Of a stretch of DNA of 64,000 nt, positions 1-11,964 are shown in pieces; position 1 is the first letter of the stretch, and the number at the start of each line of letters is the position of its first letter. The DNA comes from Ignavibacteriota bacterium (GTDB lineage Bacteria; Bacteroidota; Ignavibacteria; UBA10030; UBA6906): NCBI GenBank assembly GCA_003157485.1, contig PMJQ01000099.1, positions 5,660 to 69,659 on the forward strand. The letters run 5' to 3'. Below the pieces are notes generated by a model, which was not told the origin of the DNA, did not search any database, and saw nothing but the letters and a program-made list of their open reading frames with translations. The translations under genes and the position numbers were made by a program.

Positions 1-1376
1 GCGTACAGGGCGAACAGAACCGGCAGCTGCAGGAGCATGGGAAGGCAGCCCGCCGCGGGATTGACGCCGTACTCCTTGTACAGGTTCATGATCTGCTGAT
101 TCTGTTTGTTCGGGTCGTCCTTGTACTTCTCACGGATCTCGCTCATCAGCGGCGTGAGCTTCTGCATCCGCTTCATCGACTTCATGCTCGTGCGCGTCAG
201 CGGCTGCAGCGCGAGCTTGATGATTATCGAAAACACGATAATCACCCACCCGTAATTCGGTATGAACTTATGAAGAAACTGAAACAGCGGGATCATGATA
301 TATTCTGATATCGGCCTGATGATCCAGGCGGACCCCAGGCTCATGATCTGTTCGAGACCGCGCCCGTACCCCTTCACGATATCGAAATCAAGCGGTCCCA
401 GATAGACCGTCACCTTTGCGTGTTCCGCGCCGGTCATGAGCGGCATTTTCAGGGCAAGGGCGAAATTCTTTTTTACGCCATTGTCCGCGACGGTGGCCCG
501 CGATCCTTCAATGTATGCTCCCTGGCTCGTGCCGTGCTCGGGCATCAGCGCGAGAGCAAAATACTTGTTTCTCGTCGCAACCCAGTCCATGAGACCGTTG
601 ATATCGCGCTTCGTCGTTTCCCCGTTCTTCCCCGCGTCAACCTCCGTCAGCTCGCCTCCGGAGTACGCGTACGCCAGTGCGAAGTTTGACTCGTCCACGC
701 TGTTGTGTTCCGCATACCGTAATCCGTTCTCCCAGACGATCTGGTACTCAAAATTCGATATTGCATCTCCCATACCCGTGAATTCGAAATCGGTCTCGAA
801 CGCATACTTCCCGTTTGTGAACGTCATCCGCTTTGTCAGCTTCTTCCCGCCTGCAAGCGGAAGCGTGAGCTCGACAATTACGCTCTGATCCCCCGAAAGC
901 CGGTATGTCGTCCATGATTTTTCGCGTGCGTCAAAATAGAGATTCTTCGTGTTGATGAGTTTCCCATCCCCCGAGGTGAACAGGAGGCTGAGGTCACCCC
1001 CCCTGTCGAAATCCACGAGCTGGACGGGATAACCGTCCCACGTCTTGAATGCCGAAAGCTCCCATTTCCGTATGAGCCCCCCCTTTGTCGTGATCTCCGC
1101 GGTATAGAGATCCGTCGAAATGACGATGACCTTTTCTTCGCCCCTGGCGCGGACGGAGAAGTAGGATCCAAGAAGATCGTCCGGAGTGTGCGCGGTGGTG
1201 TCGTGAGTCGCTGCGGGACGTTCCACTCTGAGAGTATCCTTCAGAACCGGCATCGATGCGTGGAGACTGTCCGCCGAGACGGGACGCGCATGCGGCGGGG
1301 GAGGAGCCTGCACCCACATCCAGATGATGAGGACCAGTCCGATGAGGACGAATCCGATCGTAGTTTGCTTATCCAT
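1..1376 (-). CDS. yidC: Membrane protein insertase YidC, N-terminal ~458 aa; 3' end runs past the window start
   Basis: Hand translation of the reverse strand from the ATG at 1376 gives MDKQTTIGFVLIGLVLIIWMW... and ends with the YidC hallmarks NYGWVIIVFSIIIK and CLPMLLQLPVLFALY. It sits immediately downstream of yidD, rnpA and rpmH. The ORF track omits it because it is truncated at the window edge. Confidence 0.88.
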   Translation of the reverse strand, partial: MDKQTTIGFVLIGLVLIIWMWVQAPPPPHARPVSADSLHASMPVLKDTLRVERPAATHDTTAHTPDDLLGSYFSVRARGEEKVIVISTDLYTAEITTKGGLIRKWELSAFKTWDGYPVQLVDFDRGGDLSLLFTSGDGKLINTKNLYFDAREKSWTTYRLSGDQSVIVELTLPLAGGKKLTKRMTFTNGKYAFETDFEFTGMGDAISNFEYQIVWENGLRYAEHNSVDESNFALAYAYSGGELTEVDAGKNGETTKRDINGLMDWVATRNKYFALALMPEHGTSQGAYIEGSRATVADNGVKKNFALALKMPLMTGAEHAKVTVYLGPLDFDIVKGYGRGLEQIMSLGSAWIIRPISEYIMIPLFQFLHKFIPNYGWVIIVFSIIIKLALQPLTRTSMKSMKRMQKLTPLMSEIREKYKDDPNKQNQQIMNLYKEYGVNPAAGCLPMLLQLPVLFALY

Positions 1377-1408
1377 ATCGCATCAATTTACGTGGGAATA
1401 AAAGTCTC

Positions 1409-1618
1409 TCAGGCGGGATCGAACCCGCCGGGATGAAACGGATGACAGCGGCCGATGCGCTTCAGCGCGCGCCAGAGCCCGCGCCCCGCCCCGTATTTGG
1501 AAACCGCGTCCATTGCATACTGGGAACATGAAGGGGAGAATCTGCACGTGTTCGGGGGGAGAAGCGGGGAAACAAGCACCTGGTACGCCCGGAGGACAAG
1601 AAGCACGCCATGTTTCAT
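1409..1618 (-). CDS. yidD: Membrane protein insertion efficiency factor YidD
   Basis: 69 aa with a YidD-like sequence ([37 protein letters not shown]). It lies in the conserved position between rnpA and yidC. Confidence 0.9.
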   Translation of the reverse strand: MKHGVLLVLRAYQVLVSPLLPPNTCRFSPSCSQYAMDAVSKYGAGRGLWRALKRIGRCHPFHPGGFDPA

Positions 1619-2004
1619 GCGCGCCCTCTCACGGCCGCCGCGCAGACTTTTCTGCAGAGTGAATTCATGTCCATGCTGACGCGGTCGAATCTGAATGGTG
1701 CCTGCCGTGTGCCCTTTCCCCCGTTGTAGATGAAAAGCACGTTGAGGGAATCTCCGGCAGTCTCAGCAGCACCCGCCAGCATGTCCCTCTCCCTGTCATA
1801 GGCTGCGCGCATGAGTCTCTTTGCCCTGTTTCTTCTCACGGCATTGTATCTCCTGGCAGAGACGGAAAAGCCGGCACGCACCCGCGTCCCGGCTCCTGTT
1901 TCCCACCGGAAGAAACACCGCACCACTTCGCCATCGACTTTCCTCCCTGACCTGTACAACACCTGGAAGGAATCCCGACCCCGAAGCGTTTCCGCCTTCC
2001 TCAC
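1615..2004 (-). CDS. rnpA: Ribonuclease P protein component
   Basis: 129-aa basic protein directly downstream of rpmH, and its end overlaps yidD by 4 nt. Size, charge and position are typical of RnpA. Confidence 0.85.
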   Translation of the reverse strand: MRKAETLRGRDSFQVLYRSGRKVDGEVVRCFFRWETGAGTRVRAGFSVSARRYNAVRRNRAKRLMRAAYDRERDMLAGAAETAGDSLNVLFIYNGGKGTRQAPFRFDRVSMDMNSLCRKVCAAAVRGRA

Positions 2005-2151
2005 CTACCGTTCGTCGCTTACAGTAAGTTTCTTCCTGCCGCGAGCCCGCCGCCGGGCGAGCACTTTTCGCCCGGTTTTCGTTGCCATGCGGGCGCGGAA
2101 TCCGTGCGTGTTCTTACGCTTCCTGTTGTGTGGCTGAAAAGTGATGCTCAT
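2005..2151 (-). CDS. rpmH: 50S ribosomal protein L34
   Basis: Not in the ORF track because it is under 60 aa. Hand translation from the ATG (complement of 2149-2151) gives [48 protein letters not shown], a clear L34 signature. Its stop abuts the rnpA start. Confidence 0.85.
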   Translation of the reverse strand: MSITFQPHNRKRKNTHGFRARMATKTGRKVLARRRARGRKKLTVSDER

Positions 2152-2290
2152 CCCGAACTCCCGCACTTTGTGTCAGAATCCCAGCAATCACCGGACATTC
2201 GTACAGCCGGATATATCACGTGAAGGGATACAAGGTATAAAAATTATGCCATAGACACAAGGAAACCCCAGGGAAAAAGAAATATTGATC

Positions 2291-2319
2291 TTGCGTCGGC
2301 TTCCCCATTGTAGTATAAT
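2291..2319 (+). promoter_or_regulatory. Sigma70-like promoter candidate (TTGCGT-17 nt-TATAAT) facing dnaA
   Basis: The -35-like hexamer at 2291-2296 and a perfect -10 TATAAT at 2314-2319 are separated by a 17-nt spacer. The element lies ~290 nt upstream of the dnaA ATG, with the DnaA-box cluster between it and the gene. Confidence 0.4.
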
Positions 2320-2427
2320 CTGAGAGTGAAGCGTTGCGATCCCCGGGTGCACAATTTGTTAACAAGTCCCAGTTCGGTTTAAGCCCCACCGTGTCAACTG
2401 CTCTCTGGTTTCCGATCTGATTCCGGA

Positions 2428-2583
2428 TGTTGATAATCGACAAAACCACCAGCAAATGACCCGATTTTAGGATGGTTTTGTTTTCCACAAAGCTGTTGAT
2501 AAGTTATTGATACTTTTCTTCCCGCGTGTCACCGTGTGCACTGTTGATAGTTTTGTTGATAACCTCGCCCGCGGTGTGCATAA
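2428..2583 (+). promoter_or_regulatory. Cluster of DnaA-box-like 9-mers upstream of dnaA
   Basis: Exact TGTTGATAA appears three times (2428-2436, 2494-2502, 2554-2562). Also present are TGTTGATAG (2542-2550), TTTTCCACA (2481-2489, the reverse orientation of the box) and TGTGCATAA (2575-2583). All are within one mismatch or so of the canonical TGTGGATAA/TTATCCACA. Confidence 0.55.
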
Positions 2584-2606
2584 CCCTCTAATCTATTGGA
2601 CGACAA

Positions 2607-4079
2607 ATGGATTCCAGTCCCCAGCTCATTATCAACCCGTCCGACGAGGATCAGGCGCGCGCTGTCTGGAACGCGTGCCTGGACCATATCAGGGAGAGTG
2701 TAAACACACAGAGTTTCAAGACGTGGTTCGAGCCCATGATCCCGATTCACCTGCGGGGGGGCAAACTGACCGTTCAGGTGCCAAGTCAATTCTTCTATGA
2801 CTGGCTCGAAGAGCATTACTATACGGTCATCAGCCAGACGATCGAGACGGTTCTCGGAAAGGATGCGCATCTTGAATATTCCGTTCGGACGGATGAGCCT
2901 CAGATAGACCTGGATTATCAGATTACCCCGCCGCCTGTACAGCGGCCCGAGAGGAGGACATTTCCGCCTCAGCCGACATCATTCACCGTTCCTCCGCCTC
3001 CACCATTCGTCGCAGGGAGAAGCGAGGGGACGCCCGGATCCTTTCAGACGTTCCTTAATTCCCGCTATACATTCGAAAATTTCATCAAGGGGGACAGCAA
3101 CCAGCTGGCGCGCGCGGCGGCTTCCGCCGTAGCCAATAACCCCGGAGGCACGTCGTTCAACCCTCTCGTTATCTACGGGACCACGGGCCTGGGGAAGACC
3201 CACCTCATCCAGGCAATCGGGAACCATGCCATAGCTCACGGAAAGGCAAAACGGGTTATCTACGTTTCAAGCGAGAGATTTACCGTCGAGTTCGTCGAAG
3301 CGATACAGCGTGATACGACAAACGAATTTGCCGGATTTTACAGGAGCATGGACATCCTGATCGTCGACGATATACAGTTTTTCGCGGGGAAGGAACGAAC
3401 CCAGGATCATTTTTTCCATACGTTCAACGAATTACACCAGCTCGGAAAGCAGATCGTCCTCTCGTCGGACAGGCCGCCGAAAGAGCTGAAGGGGCTGGAT
3501 GACCGGCTCCTCTCAAGGTTTCAGTGGGGACTGACGTCGGATATCCAGCCTCCGGATCTCGAGACCCGCATTGCGATCCTCCTCAAGAAGAGTGAGAATG
3601 AGCGTATCAATCTTCCCCAGGACGTCGTTGAATGCATCGCATCCAACGTAACGTCAAACATACGGGAACTGGAAGGCTGTCTGATCAGCCTCATGGCAAA
3701 GGCTTCCCTGGAAGGAAGGGAGATTACCGTCGATCTGGCGCGGGAAGTGCTCAAGGTTGTTGTTGGAGACGTCAAATCGCCGTTGACGATCGAGACCATC
3801 CAGCGCACCGTGTGCGATTATTTCAGCATTCCCGAGGATCTCATCCGGGCAAAAACGCGAAAACAGGAAATCGTGAACGCCCGTCAGGTAGCGATGTACC
3901 TGGCAAAAGAACTCACAAACTGCTCTCTGAAAACGATCGGCCTTCACTTCGGCGGGAGGGACCATAGCACGGTGATTCACGCATATCAGTCGGTCGAAGA
4001 TCAGATGCGCATCGACCAGAAATATCAGGCAAACGTTCAGCAAATCAGACGGCGCCTCCAGATGCTGGGACATGTATAA
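2607..4079 (+). CDS. dnaA: Chromosomal replication initiator DnaA
   Basis: 490 aa with an AAA+ Walker A (GTTGLGKTHL), a sensor region and a C-terminal DnaA-box-binding domain (IVNARQVAMYLAKELTNCSLKTIGLHFGGRDHSTVIHA). A proline-rich linker follows the N-terminal domain. Confidence 0.97.
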   Translation: MDSSPQLIINPSDEDQARAVWNACLDHIRESVNTQSFKTWFEPMIPIHLRGGKLTVQVPSQFFYDWLEEHYYTVISQTIETVLGKDAHLEYSVRTDEPQIDLDYQITPPPVQRPERRTFPPQPTSFTVPPPPPFVAGRSEGTPGSFQTFLNSRYTFENFIKGDSNQLARAAASAVANNPGGTSFNPLVIYGTTGLGKTHLIQAIGNHAIAHGKAKRVIYVSSERFTVEFVEAIQRDTTNEFAGFYRSMDILIVDDIQFFAGKERTQDHFFHTFNELHQLGKQIVLSSDRPPKELKGLDDRLLSRFQWGLTSDIQPPDLETRIAILLKKSENERINLPQDVVECIASNVTSNIRELEGCLISLMAKASLEGREITVDLAREVLKVVVGDVKSPLTIETIQRTVCDYFSIPEDLIRAKTRKQEIVNARQVAMYLAKELTNCSLKTIGLHFGGRDHSTVIHAYQSVEDQMRIDQKYQANVQQIRRRLQMLGHV

Positions 4080-4467
4080 TTTCGATCAGTGTGTTTAATT
4101 ATGTTCACAACATTGTGAGGAGTGTGTGATCTGTCGTGTAACGACTGTGCATACTTCATTCCTTGTTCTGTTACTTGCTCTTCACACCAATCTTTGTGCA
4201 TGGAACATTCCTCTGTGCACACGCTGACATTTCAAGTTCTTTCTCACCTTACTCTGCATACCTGAGCAGCACTCACCGCTTCTTTTGACCGTCTGACACT
4301 TCTCCACATATAAACACAGCTTATAATAAGTATTACTCTTATATATAGACACGTAAGAAGAGATACCACGGTTTCATGGAAGGTTGTTTTTCCATGGCTT
4401 TTTGCATAAATTATAAGGGTTTTTCTTCTCATGTAAATGTTCATCTAGTCCACCTCAGGAGAATGCA
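4080..4467. promoter_or_regulatory. AT-rich dnaA-dnaN intergenic region; candidate DNA unwinding element / oriC segment
   Basis: This 388-bp spacer has visibly lower GC than the ~60% flanks. It contains runs such as ACATATAAACACAGCTTATAATAAGTATTACTCTTATATATAGACACG (about 4300-4350). A single DnaA-box-like TTCTCCACA sits at about 4299-4307. The dnaN RBS (AGGAGA) is at its 3' end. Confidence 0.45.
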
Positions 4468-5580
4468 ATGAAATTCACCGCCAACAGCATTGAACTCCAG
4501 CGCACGCTAAATAAGGTCGGTGGTGTAGTTCCCTCAAAATCCACCATGCCTATTCTCGAAAATATTTTGTGTGAATTGTTGGGAAATATGCTGACACTGA
4601 CGGCGACGGATCTCGCAATTTCGTTGACGGTATCTCTTCAGGTTCGCGGTTCGGAAGACGGCAGAATTGCCATTCCCGCGAAACGACTTATGGATACGAT
4701 GAAATCGCTCCCTGATACAAGCACGACGTTTTCCATCGATACCGGGGCAAATAAAATCAAAATTACGACGGAAAACGGAGAGTACGGACTGACGGGAGAA
4801 ACGGCAAAGGACTTTCCGCCCGTTCCGCCGTTTAAGGGTACATCAGAGTTTTCCATAGACAGTAACATTCTGCGCGGCCTTATTCACAGGACCACATTTG
4901 CCGTAAGCACAGATGAACTGAGACCTGCCATGATGGGGGTATTATTTCAGGCAAAGGATACGGACCTGCGCGCGGTATCGACGGACGGACACAGGCTGGT
5001 AAGGCTGACCTACAGGCAGCAAAAGCCGCTTACGATGAAAAAGGACATTGTTATTCCGGCCAAGGCACTTCTCATCCTCGGCAAGTCCATAGACGAAGGA
5101 GATACGGCAATAAGCGTCAGCGATACGCATGTGAAGTTTACGTTCGGTCCGTCGTTCCTTGTCTCCCGCCTCATCGACGAAACGTACCCGACGTATGAAG
5201 CGGTGATCCCCGCGGAGAACGACAAGCAGATGACTGTCAAACGGGACGACATGATTTCCTCTATTCGGCGTGTTGCGCTCTACGCCAGCGCGACAACGCA
5301 TCAGATTCGGTTTGACATTGTGAAATCCGCGCTCCAGATAACCGCCCAAGACCTCGATTTCGGCGGCGAGGCCAAGGAGACAATTCCGTGCACATTTACG
5401 TCGGATGCGCTCGAGATAGGATTCAATTCCGCATATCTGATCGACATCCTTTCGCACCTTGAAAGCGAACAAGTGACGTTCCGCTTCAGCACGCCGACGC
5501 GGGCCGGCATTGTTGCGCCAGTGGGAAGTGACAGCGACACCGTGCTCATGCTAGTAATGCCGGTGCGGTTGAATACATAA
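4468..5580 (+). CDS. dnaN: DNA polymerase III beta sliding clamp
   Basis: 370 aa starting MKFTANSIELQRTLNKV..., with an AGGAGA RBS upstream. It occupies the canonical position after dnaA. Confidence 0.95.
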   Translation: MKFTANSIELQRTLNKVGGVVPSKSTMPILENILCELLGNMLTLTATDLAISLTVSLQVRGSEDGRIAIPAKRLMDTMKSLPDTSTTFSIDTGANKIKITTENGEYGLTGETAKDFPPVPPFKGTSEFSIDSNILRGLIHRTTFAVSTDELRPAMMGVLFQAKDTDLRAVSTDGHRLVRLTYRQQKPLTMKKDIVIPAKALLILGKSIDEGDTAISVSDTHVKFTFGPSFLVSRLIDETYPTYEAVIPAENDKQMTVKRDDMISSIRRVALYASATTHQIRFDIVKSALQITAQDLDFGGEAKETIPCTFTSDALEIGFNSAYLIDILSHLESEQVTFRFSTPTRAGIVAPVGSDSDTVLMLVMPVRLNT

Positions 5581-6758
5581 GGGGTGTTGCCACATGCTTC
5601 CCCGACGCGGTCCCGCCTCCGGCGGGACCGCTGTATTGACGGGCACGCCACAGACCATGATCCTTTCCAGAATCAGACTCGGCAACTTCCGGAACCATGC
5701 TGCAACGGCCATCGAGTTGGGTGGGGGTATTAACGCCTTTCTCGGCGACAACGGTCAGGGAAAGACAAACATACTGGAAGCGGTCTCGTATCTCAGTCTT
5801 ACGAAGAGTTTCTATGCATCCGGCGACTCCGAAGCGATTGAGATCGGTACCGGGGGATTTGACGTTGAAGGGGTCCTTGTCTCTGACGCGGGGGTGCAGC
5901 ACCAGGTCAGCGTGACATGCGCGCGGCTGCCGCAGGCGAAACGGTTTCTCATCAACGGCTCGCCGCCGGAACGGCTTGCCGCAGTCATCGGACGGTTCCC
6001 CGTTGTCGTCCTTTCCCCGGAAAAAGGTCCCATAACGTTTGGCGGCCCGGGCGAGCGAAGAAAATTCATGGACCTTGCCCTCTCGCAAGTAAGCGGCGCG
6101 TATCTTGAGGAAATCCTCGAATACCGGAAAGCGCTCAGGCAACGGAACAGGATACTCACCAACAACCGCGCAAAGGGCTTTCTGCCGCCCGGAGTGATCG
6201 AGCCGTGGACGGAAAGCCTGGTGGCCTACGGGAGCAGAGTTGCGCACCGCCGTGCGATGTTTGTCACCGACCTACGCAGCCACATCGTAAGCGCATACCG
6301 TACGATAATGCCGGAGGCGGAGACTCCGGACATCGCCTACGTTTGCGGGTTCGCAGCGGGGGAAGGCGCTGACGCCCGGGCATATGCGGCGTCTTTGTCC
6401 GCGGATCTTGAAACGAGGAGTACCGAGGAGCGCCGGCGCGGCCTGACCCTTGCGGGTCCTCACCGGGACGATCTGCTTCTGACGATCAACGGAATGAACG
6501 TACAGCGGTTTGCCTCGCATGGGCAGCACAAGACACTCCTTGTGGCTATGAAGATTGCGGAATATTCCTATATGCAGGAGAGGCACAATGAAACACCGAT
6601 GCTCCTCCTGGACGATGTGTTCAGCGAGCTCGACAAGGGGCGCGTCCACCGTATCCTCTCCTTCGCCGCAGGGCTCGGGCAGGTGATGATCACGGCGACA
6701 GAGGGAACAGTGTTCGGCTCCTCGATCGCGTGGGGAAGACAGAACAGGAGATTTATCG

Positions 6759-9174
<2,416 letters not shown>

Positions 9175-9212
9175 ACGAGCAGCCACTCCGGAACAACACA
9201 CTCTGAAACGCC

Positions 9213-11951
9213 ATGGCAACTGTGAACGAAAAAATCATCCCGGTCGACATTGAAGATGAAATGAGGGGATCGTACATCGACTACTCGATGTCGGTCATTG
9301 TCGCGCGTGCCCTCCCTGACGTGCGTGACGGACTGAAGCCGGTGCACAGGCGGGTGCTCTTCGGGATGCAGGAACTCGGGCTGGCGGCAAACCGCGCCTA
9401 CAAAAAGTCGGCGCGCATCGTCGGCGAGGTGCTGGGGAAATATCATCCGCACGGCGATTCGGCGGTATACGATACCATGGTGCGCATGGCACAGGACTTC
9501 TCCATGCGCTATCCGCTCGTGGACGGCCAGGGGAATTTTGGGTCTGTTGACGGCGATTCGCCCGCGGCGATGCGGTACACCGAGGCGCGCCTGTCGCGCA
9601 TCGCGGAGGAGATGCTGAAAGACCTCCAGAAGAACACCGTGGATTTTGTCCCGAACTTCGACGACACGCTTACGGAACCCTCCGTCCTCCCCGCGGTAGT
9701 TCCGAACCTCCTCGTCAACGGCACGAGCGGCATCGCTGTCGGGATGGCGACAAACATCCCGCCGCACAATCTCGGAGAAGTTGTCGACGGATGTATCGCC
9801 CTTATCAGGGACGAGTCCCTGACCGACGAAAAGCTCATGAAGTTTGTGAAGGCGCCGGATTTCCCGACGGGAGGAATCATATACGGGTTCGAAGGTGTGA
9901 AGAGCGCGTACACGACCGGACGGGGAAGGATTGTCGTACGTGCGAAGGCGAGCATCGAGACAGGGAAGAACGACAGACAGAGCATCGTGGTGACGGAGAT
10001 TCCGTACCAGGTCAACAAAGCGAACCTCATCGAGAAGATCGCCGATCTCATCAATGAGAAGAAGCTCGAGGATATTGCGGATATCCGCGACGAGTCGGAC
10101 AGGGACGGGTTCCGGATCGTCATAGATCTGAAACGCGACTCGAACGCGGAAGTCATCCTGAATAACCTGTACAAGCACACGCAGATGCAGACGACGTTCG
10201 GGGTCATTATGCTTGCGCTCGTGGAGGGAAGGCCGAAAATCCTCACGCTGAAGGAGATGATCCGGCGGTTTATCGATCACCGGAATGAGGTTGTCGTCCG
10301 GCGCTCGAAGTTTGAGCTCGACGAGGCGGAGAAACGCGCGCACATCCTCGAGGGATACATCATCGCGCTCGACAACATTGACGCGATTGTAAGGCTCATC
10401 AAGGGATCGAAGGACGTCGAGACCGCCCGGACCGGGCTGATGAAGAAGTTCAAGCTGTCGGAGATCCAGGCGAAGGCGATCCTGGAGATGCGTCTCCAGC
10501 GTCTCACGGGACTCGAGCGGAAGAAGATCGAGGACGAGTACCGCGAAACGATAAAGCTCATCGAACGGCTCAGGGCTATCCTGAAGAGCAAGCAGCTCCA
10601 GATGGAGATTATCAAGGATGAACTCCTTGAGATCCGGAAGAACTACGCCGACGAGCGGCGTACGGAGATCGTGTACACCGCCGAAGAGTTCAGCATTGAA
10701 GACATGATCGCGGAAGAGCAGGTCATGATCACGATAAGCCACGGCGGGTTCATCAAACGATTTCCGGTAAGCGGGTACCGCCGCCAGACACGGGGAGGGA
10801 GGGGGAGTACCGGTGCAACGACGAGGGAAGATGACTTTATCGAGCACATGTTCGTGGCGAGCACACACGATTACATCATGCTCTTCACGAACGAAGGGAG
10901 ATGCTACTGGTTGAAGGTGTTCGAGATCCCGGAGGGGGGGAGGGCGTCACGCGGGAAATCGATTGCCAATCTTATCTCCAAGGAGCAGGCGGATTCCATT
11001 GCTTCGTATGTCTCTGTCAAGAACTTCGAGGACCCCCTATTCGTGCTCATGGTGACGGAGCAGGGAATGATAAAGAAGACCCCGTTGAGCGAGTTCAGCA
11101 ATCCGCGCAGGACAGGGATCGGCGCGATCGGGCTTGCAAAGGGGGACAGGCTCATCGAAGTCCGGATGACAGATGGGTCGCAGGACGTCGTAATAGGGAC
11201 GCACGACGGACTGGCGATCCGGTTTCACGAGCAGGAGGCCCGCCCCATGGGACGCTCGGCGGGAGGCGTGCGGGCCATACGGCTTGACAAGAAGGACAGG
11301 GTCATCGGTGCGGTGGTGCTCAGGAAGAGCGGGACGACGATTCTTGTGGCGACCGAGAAGGGTTTCGGCAAGAGGAGTGAGCCGGATGAGTACCGCGTCA
11401 GCCACCGGGGCGGGAAGGGAATATTCACCGTAAAGACTACGGATAAAACCGGCAGGATGGTTGCCATTCGGGAAGTTCTGGAGTCCGATGACATTGTCGT
11501 CGTCTCAAGCGGCGGGATCGTGATCCGGCAGCATGCTTCCGAGGTCCGGCTTGCCGGAAGGAATACGCAGGGCGTCCGCCTGATAAAACTCGGCGAAAGG
11601 GACACGGTGTCGGATGTTGCTTCCGTGATGGCGGAGGATCAGGATATCCCGGATACAAACGGAAAAAAAGGAGGGGACTCACCCGAAGGCGAAAAAAAAA
11701 CTCTGATCCGGAACAGAAGTAACGCAACAAAAGGGAAGGCGAAAGAGAACGGCGCCTCCAATATCCCAGCTTCAACCGCACGTGAGGCGGAAAGCGCAAA
11801 AACTTCCGTACCGCGGAAGACGGCACCCGGCAAGAGGCCGGCGGTCAAAACGATACCCCGGCATGCCGGGAAGCCGAAACGGGAACAGCGTTCGCCCGCG
11901 AAGGCACGCACTCTGATGCGCGGCCGGAATCAGAAGAAGAAACGAAAATAG
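9213..11951 (+). CDS. gyrA: DNA gyrase subunit A with a ~110-aa Lys/Arg-rich C-terminal tail
   Basis: 912 aa with the catalytic region ([10 protein letters not shown]) and the GyrA-box region (QTRGGRGS). A strongly basic low-complexity tail follows the beta-pinwheel domain (...[30 protein letters not shown]...RNQKKKRK). Confidence 0.95.
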   Translation: MATVNEKIIPVDIEDEMRGSYIDYSMSVIVARALPDVRDGLKPVHRRVLFGMQELGLAANRAYKKSARIVGEVLGKYHPHGDSAVYDTMVRMAQDFSMRYPLVDGQGNFGSVDGDSPAAMRYTEARLSRIAEEMLKDLQKNTVDFVPNFDDTLTEPSVLPAVVPNLLVNGTSGIAVGMATNIPPHNLGEVVDGCIALIRDESLTDEKLMKFVKAPDFPTGGIIYGFEGVKSAYTTGRGRIVVRAKASIETGKNDRQSIVVTEIPYQVNKANLIEKIADLINEKKLEDIADIRDESDRDGFRIVIDLKRDSNAEVILNNLYKHTQMQTTFGVIMLALVEGRPKILTLKEMIRRFIDHRNEVVVRRSKFELDEAEKRAHILEGYIIALDNIDAIVRLIKGSKDVETARTGLMKKFKLSEIQAKAILEMRLQRLTGLERKKIEDEYRETIKLIERLRAILKSKQLQMEIIKDELLEIRKNYADERRTEIVYTAEEFSIEDMIAEEQVMITISHGGFIKRFPVSGYRRQTRGGRGSTGATTREDDFIEHMFVASTHDYIMLFTNEGRCYWLKVFEIPEGGRASRGKSIANLISKEQADSIASYVSVKNFEDPLFVLMVTEQGMIKKTPLSEFSNPRRTGIGAIGLAKGDRLIEVRMTDGSQDVVIGTHDGLAIRFHEQEARPMGRSAGGVRAIRLDKKDRVIGAVVLRKSGTTILVATEKGFGKRSEPDEYRVSHRGGKGIFTVKTTDKTGRMVAIREVLESDDIVVVSSGGIVIRQHASEVRLAGRNTQGVRLIKLGERDTVSDVASVMAEDQDIPDTNGKKGGDSPEGEKKTLIRNRSNATKGKAKENGASNIPASTAREAESAKTSVPRKTAPGKRPAVKTIPRHAGKPKREQRSPAKARTLMRGRNQKKKRK

Positions 11952-11964
11952 ATCCCCGTGCCCC

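Noticed and set aside
1403-1420. On the minus strand, GCGGG-TTCGATC-CCCGC looks exactly like a tRNA T-arm, which suggested a tRNA gene.
   Set aside because: No complementary acceptor 5' strand, D-arm or anticodon arm could be found within about 75 nt upstream. The segment is the GFDPA-encoding 3' end of yidD, so the resemblance is coincidental.
5594-5656. Track start of recF 21 codons upstream.
   Set aside because: RecF proteins begin with the MxLxxLxLxNFRNH-type motif found at 5657. The extension MLPRRGPASGG... is unsupported.
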